Assembly (NCBI GenBank): GCA_965219955.1 | Contig: OZ244799.1 | Location: 1,472,001-1,536,000, forward strand | Length of the DNA stretch: 64,000 nucleotides | Source: a bacterium | Lineage (GTDB): Bacteria; UBA8248 | Reading direction: 5' to 3' | In this document: piece after piece, positions 29,206-38,423 of the stretch | Layout of the letters: every line of letters starts with the position of its first letter | Position numbering within the stretch: position 1 is the first letter of the stretch | Notes under the pieces: model-generated | What the model saw: the letters and a program-made list of their open reading frames with translations, nothing else | What the model was told of the DNA's origin: nothing | Databases searched by the model: none | Program-made: the position numbers and the translations under genes

Positions 29206-29499
29206 ATGCCGGTAACTGCAATGATCATCGAAGAAGGAGACAACGTCGCCACCTGTCTCGAAAAGGTGGCGAAGGGAGGCTCCGTCCGCCTCATGCTCAA
29301 CGGAAAGATGGGCAAGACGCTCAAGGCCAACCAGGCGATTCCCTACATCCACAAAATCTGCATCAAGCCCCTGAAAAAGGGCGAGCACTGCATGAAATAC
29401 GGCCTGTCCATCGGCGTGGCGAGCAAAGACATCAAGGTGGGCGACTACATTCACGTACACAACATAGAGAGCGCCCGCGGCCGCGGCGACCTCGAGTAG
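29206..29499 (+). CDS. UxaA/SuyA-like SAF-domain small subunit
   Basis: DNVAT, IP..HK, KYG..IG.A..DI..G..IHVHN. Confidence 0.88.
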   Translation: MPVTAMIIEEGDNVATCLEKVAKGGSVRLMLNGKMGKTLKANQAIPYIHKICIKPLKKGEHCMKYGLSIGVASKDIKVGDYIHVHNIESARGRGDLE

Positions 29500-29514
29500 A
29501 AAAGGAGGTCCAGG

Positions 29515-30726
29515 ATGGCCAGAAGAAACGGAAGAGGCGCAAGCTCATCGAAACGTCTGAGAAAAACCTGGTGGGGATATCCCCGGGAAAACGGCGACGT
29601 GGGCGCGAGAAACTACCTGCTCTTATTGAGCGGCACGCTTTACGCCAACCCCACGTGCGAGCGCGTCGCGAGGACTTTAAGGCATAGCGTCGCCCTCACC
29701 CACCCGCTGGGCCGCTGCCAGATCGGCCCCGACATCCAGCGCACGTTCGAGACCCTCGTCGGGCACGGGCAGAACGCCAACGCGGGCGCCGTCATCGTCA
29801 TCGACCATCACCGCGAGGAAGGCTGCACGGCAGACGAGATAGCCCATGAAATCGCCAAAACGGGGAAACGGGTGGAAGCGATCAACATCCGCGAAGACGG
29901 CGGCGCGATAGACGCCACCGCCAAGGCCACGCGCATCGGGATGGAGATGCTGAGAGAGCTCACGAACGAACGGCGCCAGGAAGTTTCCGTGAGCAAGCTC
30001 CTGTTGGGCCTCAACTGCGGGACGTCGGACACCACCTCGGGCCTCTCCCACAACAAGGCCACCGGCTGGGTGACGGACCAGGTGGTCAAGCTGGGCGGAC
30101 GCGCGCTTTTGGCCGAAACCACGGAGATGATGGGCGGCGAGGGCGTGCTGGCCGACAAATGCGTGCGGCCGGCCCTGGGCAAGCGCATCTGGAGGATGGT
30201 GGAGGAGATGGAAGAGCGCATCCTCGCCTGCGGCGTGGATCTCCGGGGCAGCCAGCCCACGGGCGACAACATGGAGGGCGGCCTGACCACGATTGAAGAG
30301 AAATCCCTGGGCGCCATCCAGAAGGCGGGCTCCGCCCCCATCGTGGACGTGATCCCGTGGGCGAAGCGCGCGAACCGCAGAAACGGGCTCCACGTGATGG
30401 ACACCCCGGGCCACGGGGGCGAGTCCATTACCGGCATCGCGGCGGGCGGCTCCCAGGTGCTCATCTTCTCCACGGGCGGCGGCCATACCATCAACCACCC
30501 CCTGATGAGCACCATCCGCATCACGGGCAATCCGCTCTCGGCGAGGCTTCAGGCCGACACCACGGACGTGGACGTGACGGACATCTTCGAGGGTGCTCCC
30601 ATCGAGGTGGCCGGACGCCGCGTGTATGACGAGGTGCTCGAAGTCGCGAGCGGGAAGATGACGAAGGCCGAAATCCTGCACGAGGACAACGCCTTCGCCA
30701 TCAACAGGAATGGGCCCAGCGTCTAG
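29515..30726 (+). CDS. UxaA/GarD/SuyB-like dehydratase large subunit
   Basis: GY.RENG.VG.RN, CGTSDTTSG, GGLTTIEEKSLG, FSTG, VASG..TKAE. Confidence 0.88.
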   Translation: MARRNGRGASSSKRLRKTWWGYPRENGDVGARNYLLLLSGTLYANPTCERVARTLRHSVALTHPLGRCQIGPDIQRTFETLVGHGQNANAGAVIVIDHHREEGCTADEIAHEIAKTGKRVEAINIREDGGAIDATAKATRIGMEMLRELTNERRQEVSVSKLLLGLNCGTSDTTSGLSHNKATGWVTDQVVKLGGRALLAETTEMMGGEGVLADKCVRPALGKRIWRMVEEMEERILACGVDLRGSQPTGDNMEGGLTTIEEKSLGAIQKAGSAPIVDVIPWAKRANRRNGLHVMDTPGHGGESITGIAAGGSQVLIFSTGGGHTINHPLMSTIRITGNPLSARLQADTTDVDVTDIFEGAPIEVAGRRVYDEVLEVASGKMTKAEILHEDNAFAINRNGPSV

Positions 30727-30862
30727 GAGATTCATCATCAGCCCCCGCAGGTTGCTCTCCGGGGGTTTGGTTCACGCGGCGTTGCGGGAGAATTCTCTCG
30801 CCCAAGCGGTCCGATTTCCCACGGAAATCACTGAAGTTTCCCCTCGCCAGCGGGATTAGGTG

Positions 30863-31435
30863 ATGAAATCCCTGCCCTACGCCGAGTCCATCGCAAAGCT
30901 CGCCGAAGAAGAACGGGGGGACGGCTGGCTCGCATTCTGCGAGAGGGAAAACCTCTATCAGCTTCCCGTGGTCGAATGGCTGGACGCGCTGGCAGAGGAA
31001 ATCCTGGCCCTTGCTCCCGAAACGCCTCTGGAAGTGGGGGCCGGGAACGCCGCGATCGGAAAAGCGCTGCAGGCGCGCGGCGTGAACCTGAAGCTCACGG
31101 ACCCGGCCGAAGGCGAGGGAACCGAAGCCCTGGACGCGCGGGAGGCGCTCCTCGCCCATGCGCCCGATTTCGTGTTCTCCTGCTGGATGCCGTATGATTC
31201 AGGCGCTGAGCGACAGATATTGGGCGCGAGCGGCATCCGCTGGTATCTGGCGGTGGTGCAGCAGGGACCGGGCTACGCCGGGAGCGAAGCGCTGTGGGAC
31301 ACGCCCGGCTGGAGCGTGCGGGAGTTGAGCGAGGTGAACCGCTGGTCGGTTTCGCGGGCCGATTTTCTGGGCGAGGTCGATTCGGGCGAGCACGTCCGGC
31401 ACGGGATGGCCTATCTGTTCACGCGTGAGGAGTGA
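30863..31435 (+). CDS. Hypothetical protein with SAM-methyltransferase-like motif
   Basis: LEVGAGNA (motif I-like), CWMP; stop abuts the next start (TGAATG). Confidence 0.6.
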   Translation: MKSLPYAESIAKLAEEERGDGWLAFCERENLYQLPVVEWLDALAEEILALAPETPLEVGAGNAAIGKALQARGVNLKLTDPAEGEGTEALDAREALLAHAPDFVFSCWMPYDSGAERQILGASGIRWYLAVVQQGPGYAGSEALWDTPGWSVRELSEVNRWSVSRADFLGEVDSGEHVRHGMAYLFTREE

Positions 31436-32485
31436 ATGAGCGGACACACGACGGGCGAGAAGCTCCACACTTTTTTAGAGCGGGTCTTCAGCAAGCTGGG
31501 CATGCCGGCTGAGGACGCCGCATGGACGGCGGATACGCTCGTGACGGCCGAGTTGCGCGACGTCACCAGCCACGGCGTGATCCGCATGCCGCACTACGCC
31601 AGGCGTCTGGAGGTCAAGCTGGCGAATCCGGCTCCCAATTTCAAAGTCGTCAAAGACGCAGGCGCACTCGCGCTCGCAGACGGCGACAACGGCATGGGAC
31701 AGGTGGTCTCCAAACGCGCGATGGAAGAGGCCATCGACCGCGCGCGGCTCCATAACGTGGGCGTCGTCCTGCTCAAGGAGAGCAACCATTTCGGCGCCGC
31801 CGCGACGTATGCCGCCATGGCTCCAGAAGCCGGCATGGTGGGCCTCGTGACGACGAACACGCTGCGCGTACTGCCCCCGGCTGGAGGCAAGGAACCCAGG
31901 ATCGGCAACAATCCCGTCTCTATCGCCCTGCCGAGCGACCCGCCCATGGTGCTGGACATGGCGCTCTCCGTCGTGGCCCGGGGCTACATTATCGAGGCGG
32001 CGCGCGCGGGCGAACTCATCCCCGAGGGATGGGGGCTGGACAAGGAGGGAAGACCCACCACCGACCCCCACGAGGTTCTCGAAAGCTCCCTCCTCTCCCC
32101 GATTGCGGGCTACAAGGGGAGCGGGCTTTCCATCGCGATCGACGCCATTCTGGGCTCCCTCTCGGGTGGAGGCCACAGCCACGAGATCGTGGGCATCAAC
32201 GAGTTTCACGGGAAAAGCCGCGTCACGAGCATTTTCGTCGCCATCAACGTCGAGGCGTTACTCCCTTTGGGGGAATTTCGCTCCGCCGCCAACGCCTTCA
32301 TCTCCATCATCAAGGCAACGCCGAAGGCCGCGGGCGTCGAAACGATTTTCATGCCGGGAGAGATCGAGCATCAAAGCGAGACGAAGCGCCGGCGCGACGG
32401 GTTCGAGCTGTCGCCCGAGCGGCTCGCGGAACTCGACGAGATCGCCCAAAGGCTCGACCTCCCCCCGCTGGAGCGCGGGCGATGA
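31436..32485 (+). CDS. Ldh_2 family oxidoreductase (third paralog)
   Basis: AELRDVTSHG, SNHFG, GNNP, LDMA, YKGSGL, MPGE. Confidence 0.9.
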   Translation: MSGHTTGEKLHTFLERVFSKLGMPAEDAAWTADTLVTAELRDVTSHGVIRMPHYARRLEVKLANPAPNFKVVKDAGALALADGDNGMGQVVSKRAMEEAIDRARLHNVGVVLLKESNHFGAAATYAAMAPEAGMVGLVTTNTLRVLPPAGGKEPRIGNNPVSIALPSDPPMVLDMALSVVARGYIIEAARAGELIPEGWGLDKEGRPTTDPHEVLESSLLSPIAGYKGSGLSIAIDAILGSLSGGGHSHEIVGINEFHGKSRVTSIFVAINVEALLPLGEFRSAANAFISIIKATPKAAGVETIFMPGEIEHQSETKRRRDGFELSPERLAELDEIAQRLDLPPLERGR

Positions 32486-33384
32486 GCGACCCTGCTCCTC
32501 AGGTTCTGGCCGAGGCGGCCTCTCGATTCGCCCGCGAGGCGGGAGAAATCCTGATGGGGCTTTTCGGCAAGCAGGTGGAAGTGGACTACAAGAACAAGGC
32601 CGAAACCGACCCGGTGAGCGAAGCCGACCGCGCGAGCCAGGAGTTTCTGACGAAAGCGATAAACGAAAAATTTCCGGCGCACGGCGTCCTGGGTGAGGAG
32701 AAGCCCGAAGACGAAGAAGAGGCCAAACGCCAGGGCGCGCTCGAGGTGCCCGAATATCTTTGGGTTCTGGACCCCCTGGACGGCACGAAAAATTTCCTGA
32801 ACGGACTGCACGTCTGGGGCTGTTCCGTGGGGGTCCTGAAGCGCGGACGCTCGATTGCGGGCGCGATTTTCACGCCGGAGGACAAAGGAACCATCTACCA
32901 CGCATTCGAGGGGGGCGGAGCGTTCCGCAACGATCACCGAATCGAGGTGGCGAAAGAGGAGAAACCCACGGGAAAGCGCATCGTCGCCCTGCCCGGCTCC
33001 TACTGGACGCAGTTCCGCCCTACGGGGCCGCTCAAAAAGAACCTGGGCGAGGTGCGCGCCACCGGATCGATGTGCTACGAGCAGGCCCTCGTGGCGCGCG
33101 GAGGGCTGCACTACACGCTCTTCGGCGTTCCCAGCATCTGGGACGTGGCGGCGGGCGCCATCATCGTGAAACAAGCGGGGGGCATGACGCTCGCCCGGCG
33201 CGACCGCACGAACAGGTGGAGCGAACTGGATAGCTTCTTCTCCGGGGAGAACACGCCCAAAGACCTGGACGCAGCGCGCAAATGGCGTCAATCCCTGCTC
33301 ATCGGCAACCCCGGCCTCGTGCAATACATCGCGAAACACATCAAGAAAGTGAACCGGCGCAGACCCGGGCGCAAGAATCGCTAG
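32482..33384 (+). CDS. Inositol monophosphatase family protein
   Basis: LGEE, WVLDPLDGTKNF, WDVAAG; ATGA overlap with the upstream gene. Confidence 0.9.
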   Translation: MSDPAPQVLAEAASRFAREAGEILMGLFGKQVEVDYKNKAETDPVSEADRASQEFLTKAINEKFPAHGVLGEEKPEDEEEAKRQGALEVPEYLWVLDPLDGTKNFLNGLHVWGCSVGVLKRGRSIAGAIFTPEDKGTIYHAFEGGGAFRNDHRIEVAKEEKPTGKRIVALPGSYWTQFRPTGPLKKNLGEVRATGSMCYEQALVARGGLHYTLFGVPSIWDVAAGAIIVKQAGGMTLARRDRTNRWSELDSFFSGENTPKDLDAARKWRQSLLIGNPGLVQYIAKHIKKVNRRRPGRKNR

Positions 33385-33463
33385 CAACCGCTCAGAACGA
33401 AGATGAGCTTATCTCTATTCTACTTTAAGATAGATTGATAACATATTGATATTCAAAGAACAT

Positions 33464-34789
33464 TTAATTCAGATCCGGCACTCGGACCGGCGCGAAGCGA
33501 TCACTCCGGGGGCCCTTGCCTCTCCCGCCCAGGCCCTCGATTTCCATGACTCGCTCCTCCTGGGGGTTCCGGTACGCGGAGCCGGATATCACTTCGAATT
33601 CATACCGGGGAGCGGGGCTGCCTCTTCTGGGTGATTTCCCGCGTATGGGAAATGAAAACGAGCGACTCTCTCCAGGCCTCAATCCTCTGAGCCAGTGCCT
33701 TGTGCGGCAGCATTTTTTTCCGTTCCGGGTGAGTTCCACCAGCAAGCCAACGTCGAAGGAAAAATCCGGATCCGCATTATGCAGCGTGCCTTGGGCGCGC
33801 AGATAGGGACTGCAGGATTTACACCGTGGCTTCCTGAACACCTCGACTTCGGCGTTTTCCACGCGCACCCACCGATGGACCTGTCGATTCCTTTCCCTGG
33901 CCATCGAGTTGATGGAGGAGAGGACCCGCTCCTTGTGGACCGAAGCCGGGTAGCGCTCAAGAAATTGCTCGAGCGCCGCAACGCGGCCCGAGCGCTCGGC
34001 TCCTTCCAGCGCCCGCGCCTCCATCCGCTGCTGCATGAGAGCGGCTTCTTTCGAACCTTTGAATCTGCGGATAAAAGCCTTCCAGTCCGCTTCAATCTCC
34101 GAGCGTATCGCCTGCCTGAACCTCGCAGCGCGCAAAGCGTCCTTCGCCTCGGGAAGATATGAACTCAGAGGATTGTCAAAGACGAACCTTTCGAGGCCGA
34201 GAACGCTTCCTGAGGCTTTCGCCGCGTCGAGCAGGAGTCTTTCGAGGCGCTGCGTCGCCGCTTCCGTCCACTCGCTCCGCGCCTTTTTGTATTTCGCAAT
34301 GAAGGCCCTGTAGGAGGAGACGTCGTCTTTTTCTCCCAGCGCTTCATATTCACTCTTTTGAAGATCGACGTCAGGAGGCTGCCGAAACCAACCTTCGGGA
34401 AAGCGCTTTAGAAATGATTCAAGGGCGCCGGGCGCCTTCGATGCAAGCGCTTCCCGGTACATGAGTTGCTCCCACCGGTAACGCGCCCGGCGGACGTACC
34501 TGCCGTCAAAATGATAGTCCAGATACTCCTTGTAAGCGCGGGCCGTATGCCTCCGGGTCGCACTTTCAAAATCGTACTCATCGAGTTCTGCGAGAAACGC
34601 TTTCGATTGGGGATGACCGGGGTTGTCGTGAACGAACCAGCGTTTTTCGTTCATCACGTCGCGCGGCGCTTTCCTGCGCACGCGCGGGCTCTCCAGGCAT
34701 CCGACGAGAGTCAGGGAGAGAATGAAGCAGAAAAGCAAGAACAACAGCCGATTCCCGGTCAGGTTCCTATGGACGCTCATCGCCTGCAC
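33464..34789 (-). CDS. Hypothetical lipoprotein with helical-hairpin repeats
   Basis: Hydrophobic leader with LVGC lipobox; recurring ..F...[YF]P repeats. Confidence 0.65.
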   Translation of the reverse strand: MQAMSVHRNLTGNRLLFLLFCFILSLTLVGCLESPRVRRKAPRDVMNEKRWFVHDNPGHPQSKAFLAELDEYDFESATRRHTARAYKEYLDYHFDGRYVRRARYRWEQLMYREALASKAPGALESFLKRFPEGWFRQPPDVDLQKSEYEALGEKDDVSSYRAFIAKYKKARSEWTEAATQRLERLLLDAAKASGSVLGLERFVFDNPLSSYLPEAKDALRAARFRQAIRSEIEADWKAFIRRFKGSKEAALMQQRMEARALEGAERSGRVAALEQFLERYPASVHKERVLSSINSMARERNRQVHRWVRVENAEVEVFRKPRCKSCSPYLRAQGTLHNADPDFSFDVGLLVELTRNGKKCCRTRHWLRGLRPGESRSFSFPIRGKSPRRGSPAPRYEFEVISGSAYRNPQEERVMEIEGLGGRGKGPRSDRFAPVRVPDLN

Positions 34790-34825
34790 CTCAGCGCTTC
34801 ACCATTTTTCCGGGCGTTTTTGAAC

Positions 34826-35611
34826 CTATTCGAAATGCCAGTGCCGACGCCGGTATTCTTCGGGCGTCGGCAGGCACGGGTTCTTCCTGAAGCGAACCAC
34901 CCTTTCCAGAAAAATTTCCACCTCCTCGGGTTCGAGAAGATCGTCCATCTCACGCCTCAAAGCGCTGTCGCTATCTCGCAGGCCGGCTTCCAGCCTTTTG
35001 ACGTCGTTCAACTGCGCCTCGGGGAGGGAAACGCCCGCATAGTCCCAGATGACGGTACGCAGCTTGGGTTCCGCGTGAAACGTGAGGCCGTGGTCGATTC
35101 CCCAGACGCGGCCGTCTTCGGATTTGAAGCAATGGCCTCCCTTGCGATCCGTGTTGTTCACCATGATGTCGAATGCGGCGATCAGCACCAGTTCCGGGCG
35201 TTCCTCGGCGCGGAGCGTGAAATAGTTCGATTTCCCGTCATAGGGCACGCACAGCTGCATGGAACCCTCCCCGTGCGGGCCTTCGCGAATCACCGTCGGG
35301 GGAACGAGGTGCCACCCCAGATGATGGCTCACCAGAAAAGAGCACCTTTCCCGGAAATGAAGCGTTCCGTAGGGGAAATCCCACAGCGGCCTCTCCCCGC
35401 TCGCAGGCTTGTATATCCCCCAGAACTGGAAATCCTCCGCGCCCATCTTCACGGCGAACGTGTAGTTCGAGCCTTGCGGCACCAGCTCGCCGCCCAGAAT
35501 TTCCGAGTTCAGAAGAAGATTCTCGATTTCCTCCGGTTCGAATCGATACGCCTGCGATTCGGACGCATCCACCGTTTCCTGGGCTTCAGGAGGAGAAAAT
35601 TTCCGGGCCAC
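34826..35611 (-). CDS. SCO1664-family PI3/4-kinase-like protein
   Basis: YKP..GERPLWDFP.GTL..RE, NNTDRKGGH, IDHGLTF; GTG start inferred. Confidence 0.88.
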   Translation of the reverse strand: MARKFSPPEAQETVDASESQAYRFEPEEIENLLLNSEILGGELVPQGSNYTFAVKMGAEDFQFWGIYKPASGERPLWDFPYGTLHFRERCSFLVSHHLGWHLVPPTVIREGPHGEGSMQLCVPYDGKSNYFTLRAEERPELVLIAAFDIMVNNTDRKGGHCFKSEDGRVWGIDHGLTFHAEPKLRTVIWDYAGVSLPEAQLNDVKRLEAGLRDSDSALRREMDDLLEPEEVEIFLERVVRFRKNPCLPTPEEYRRRHWHFE

Positions 35612-35643
35612 GAGATTTCCCTGTCGAGTAGGATAGAGCCGAT

Positions 35644-36222
35644 TTAATGACGAAAATGCCCGTTCGTATTGGGGTCGACCTTGCCGGTGGCCACCATGGC
35701 GTGACGGGAGAGCGCATCCGTCCCCCGCCCGGAGGAGCATTCATCGAGGCTTTGGTTGATGAATTCTTCCAGCTTTGCATGCGCGAGACTCACTTGCAGC
35801 GCGGCGGGGCCGACGGCCTCCTCTTCGTATTCCTCTTCTTCGGAAGACTCCCCCTCCGAGGCGACCTCGTCCCGTTCATCGTAAAAAAAGACCGTGACGC
35901 GGTTTTTGCCCGGGCCATAAGCCAGCCCCAGACGGCTCACCTTGAACTCGATCAACCCCTCGGAACTCACCGGGGTGGAGCCGACCTCGGCGATGTCGGG
36001 AAAATCCGGCTCCTCGCCCGAGCGTTCCCCTTCCCCTTTCGCCTCCACCATCTTTTTCATCGCCATCGAAAGGCCGTAGACCTGTTCTTTTTCCAGCCAG
36101 AGCGTGGCGGCCGCCTTCGTCGGGCAATCGATCAGAATGCGGAAAATCCTCTTTCCCGCAACGCCGATCGCTTCCGTTTGGATTTTTTCGACCTCGCCGA
36201 AATTATGTTTGGCAGAATCCAT
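35644..36222 (-). CDS. DUF3090-family protein
   Basis: AIG.AGKRIF, WLEKEQ, EFKV..LGLAY, C-terminal NGH; immediately upstream of the SCO1664-family gene. Confidence 0.75.
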   Translation of the reverse strand: MDSAKHNFGEVEKIQTEAIGVAGKRIFRILIDCPTKAAATLWLEKEQVYGLSMAMKKMVEAKGEGERSGEEPDFPDIAEVGSTPVSSEGLIEFKVSRLGLAYGPGKNRVTVFFYDERDEVASEGESSEEEEYEEEAVGPAALQVSLAHAKLEEFINQSLDECSSGRGTDALSRHAMVATGKVDPNTNGHFRH

Positions 36223-36407
36223 GTGAGATATAAAACTCCGCAATGCGATATGAGACGGCTCGTGATGGGTATACCATAAACGGATGTCCCAACCTTGTCT
36301 ATTCAAACTTTCTCGCCACCGCTTCTGGTTTCATCGACGAGAAATTGTGGTTATAATCACCAACAGAGCCCGCCGTATATTTTCTTGATGGCCCGAGAAT
36401 CCACCAC

Positions 36408-36569
36408 ATGGCGAAAAGAAATCCCAGAAAACCCGCCGCCGTCAAACACGGCCTGCTGGAATATCTGCTCCTGAGCGTTCTCGTGCTAGTCGTCGTCGTG
36501 ACGGCGTGGACGCTCTATGACAACGGCATCATCGACACGTTCATCGAACTCATCATGGGTGCTCGCTAG
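36408..36569 (+). CDS. 53-aa Flp/type IVb pilin-like membrane peptide (MAKRNPRKPAAVKHGLLEYLLLSVLVLVVVVTAWTLYDNGIIDTFIELIMGAR)
   Basis: Translated by hand (below the ORF-track cutoff): basic leader, GLLEY, hydrophobic helix; TATAAT at 36352-36357 upstream. Confidence 0.6.
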   Translation: MAKRNPRKPAAVKHGLLEYLLLSVLVLVVVVTAWTLYDNGIIDTFIELIMGAR

Positions 36570-36734
36570 AGAACGATGCGCCCAGGAGTCGCGCCTCTTA
36601 TCCTCCGAAGTCCACACCACCCTTAATAATTCGACGCGTCAAAAGCAGACGAACGAATCTCCATACCACGGATTCGGAGCAAACAAATCCGCCGGCCAAA
36701 AACCCCGAACCGGCTACACACCTTTATCTAAAAA

Positions 36735-37583
36735 ATGGTAGCCTCCCCAAAATCGCCACACATCAGAGGTTGCTCATTGGTCCGGCTCATATCCAAAACA
36801 CTGCCAACTCCCGACGGCCCGCTCGCCTATACCGAAGCGGGAGCCGGCGATAAAGAACCCCTGCTCCTCGTGCACGGCGGCTTCGGGGCGGCGAACCACT
36901 GGGCGAAAAACCAGGCCTTCTTCGCCGAGCACTACCGCACTTTGGCGATCGATCTCCCCGCCTTCGGGGAAAGCTACCGGCCGCCCAGGCCGCACACGGC
37001 CGCATCCGTCACGCAGGGCATCGGTCGGCTGCTCGACGGGCTTGGAATCGAAGAGTGCTCCTGCGCGGCTTTTTCCTTCGGCGCGACGATGAGCGTGACG
37101 TATTGCCGGGAAAACGCCCCCAGGTTCAAGAAACTCGTTCTGCTGGGACCGGGGGGATTGGGGATCACGGGCGACGTCAAGCTCGGAGACGAGCGCCGCG
37201 CCACCAGGGAGATGAGCCCCGAGGAGAAGCACGCGGTGTTCGTTCACAACCAAAAAGCGCTGATGTTCAAGAATCCGGAGTGCGCGGATGAGGCGTACCT
37301 CTCACAGGCATGGACGAACCTCAAGAATTCGAGGATGAACATCTACGCCATGAACCGGGAACCCTACCTGCCCGATCTGCTTCCGGCGTGCGCCATGCCG
37401 ATGCTGATATTGTGGGGAGACGCAGACGTCATCGCCTATCCCACGCCGGAGGAACGGCAGCGCGCTTGCCAAAAAGCCGCCCCCCATGCAGAACTAGGGA
37501 TTATTCCGGACGCCGGGCACATGGCCCAGTGGGAGCAACCCGAGGTATTCAATGAACGCGTATTGAAATTCTTGAGATCGTAA
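36735..37583 (+). CDS. Alpha/beta hydrolase (MhpC/BphD-like; start uncertain)
   Basis: LVHGG, DLPAFGES, AFSFGA elbow, WGDAD, AGH..QWE. Confidence 0.85.
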   Translation: MVASPKSPHIRGCSLVRLISKTLPTPDGPLAYTEAGAGDKEPLLLVHGGFGAANHWAKNQAFFAEHYRTLAIDLPAFGESYRPPRPHTAASVTQGIGRLLDGLGIEECSCAAFSFGATMSVTYCRENAPRFKKLVLLGPGGLGITGDVKLGDERRATREMSPEEKHAVFVHNQKALMFKNPECADEAYLSQAWTNLKNSRMNIYAMNREPYLPDLLPACAMPMLILWGDADVIAYPTPEERQRACQKAAPHAELGIIPDAGHMAQWEQPEVFNERVLKFLRS

Positions 37584-37612
37584 TGGTTCATCATCGTTAA
37601 GGAGAGTGTTTC

Positions 37613-38380
37613 ATGGGCAAAACGAACTTTGATTTTTCCGGACAGGTCGCCGTCGTCACGGGCGCGTCGCGCGGCATCGGCAAGGGGTCGGCGGAGAAGT
37701 TCGCCGAGGCGGGCGCCAAGGCCTATCTCGTCGACGTCGACGTCGAACCCGGAGAAGCCGCCGCGGCCGGCATCCGCGGGAACGGGGGGGACGCCACATT
37801 CATCGACTGCGACCTCACGGACTCGGTGGCCGTGAAACAGATGATAGAGCGCATCGCGAGCGAGGCGGGTGCCATCGACATTTTCGTGAACTGCGCGGGC
37901 GGGTTTCACCAGCAGCTTTCCATGGGCGATACGTCGGAAGACGAGTGGGACGCCGTGGTGGACAGGAACCTGAAGAGCGTGTTCCTGACCTCGAAGCATC
38001 TGACGCCCGTTTTCGAAAAACAAAAAAGCGGCTGCGTGATCAACCTGGGCTCCATGTCGGGAATCACCACGCTCCAGCCGTCTTCCCCACCCTATGCGGC
38101 GGCCAAGGCGGGCGTCCACGCCCTGACCCGCGTGCTCGCCTACGACCTGGGGCAATACAACGTGCGCGTGAACGCCATCGCGCCCGGAACGACGGCGACC
38201 GAGCGCGTCATCGCGGTGCGCTCCGAAGAACAGCGCGAGATGATCGGCAAGGGCACGCTCTTGGGCCGCATCGCCGAGGTGGACGACATGGTGGGCTGGG
38301 TGCTCATGCTGGCCTCGCCCGAATCCGCCTACCTCACGGGCCAGACCATCGTCGTGAACGCGGGCCGGTACATGTCGTAG
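37613..38380 (+). CDS. SDR family oxidoreductase
   Basis: TGASRGIG, NCAG, YAAAK, VNAIAPG. Confidence 0.92.
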   Translation: MGKTNFDFSGQVAVVTGASRGIGKGSAEKFAEAGAKAYLVDVDVEPGEAAAAGIRGNGGDATFIDCDLTDSVAVKQMIERIASEAGAIDIFVNCAGGFHQQLSMGDTSEDEWDAVVDRNLKSVFLTSKHLTPVFEKQKSGCVINLGSMSGITTLQPSSPPYAAAKAGVHALTRVLAYDLGQYNVRVNAIAPGTTATERVIAVRSEEQREMIGKGTLLGRIAEVDDMVGWVLMLASPESAYLTGQTIVVNAGRYMS

Positions 38381-38423
38381 ACGGCGTGAATCTTACGCGC
38401 TTACAGCCATTTTGAGGAATTCG

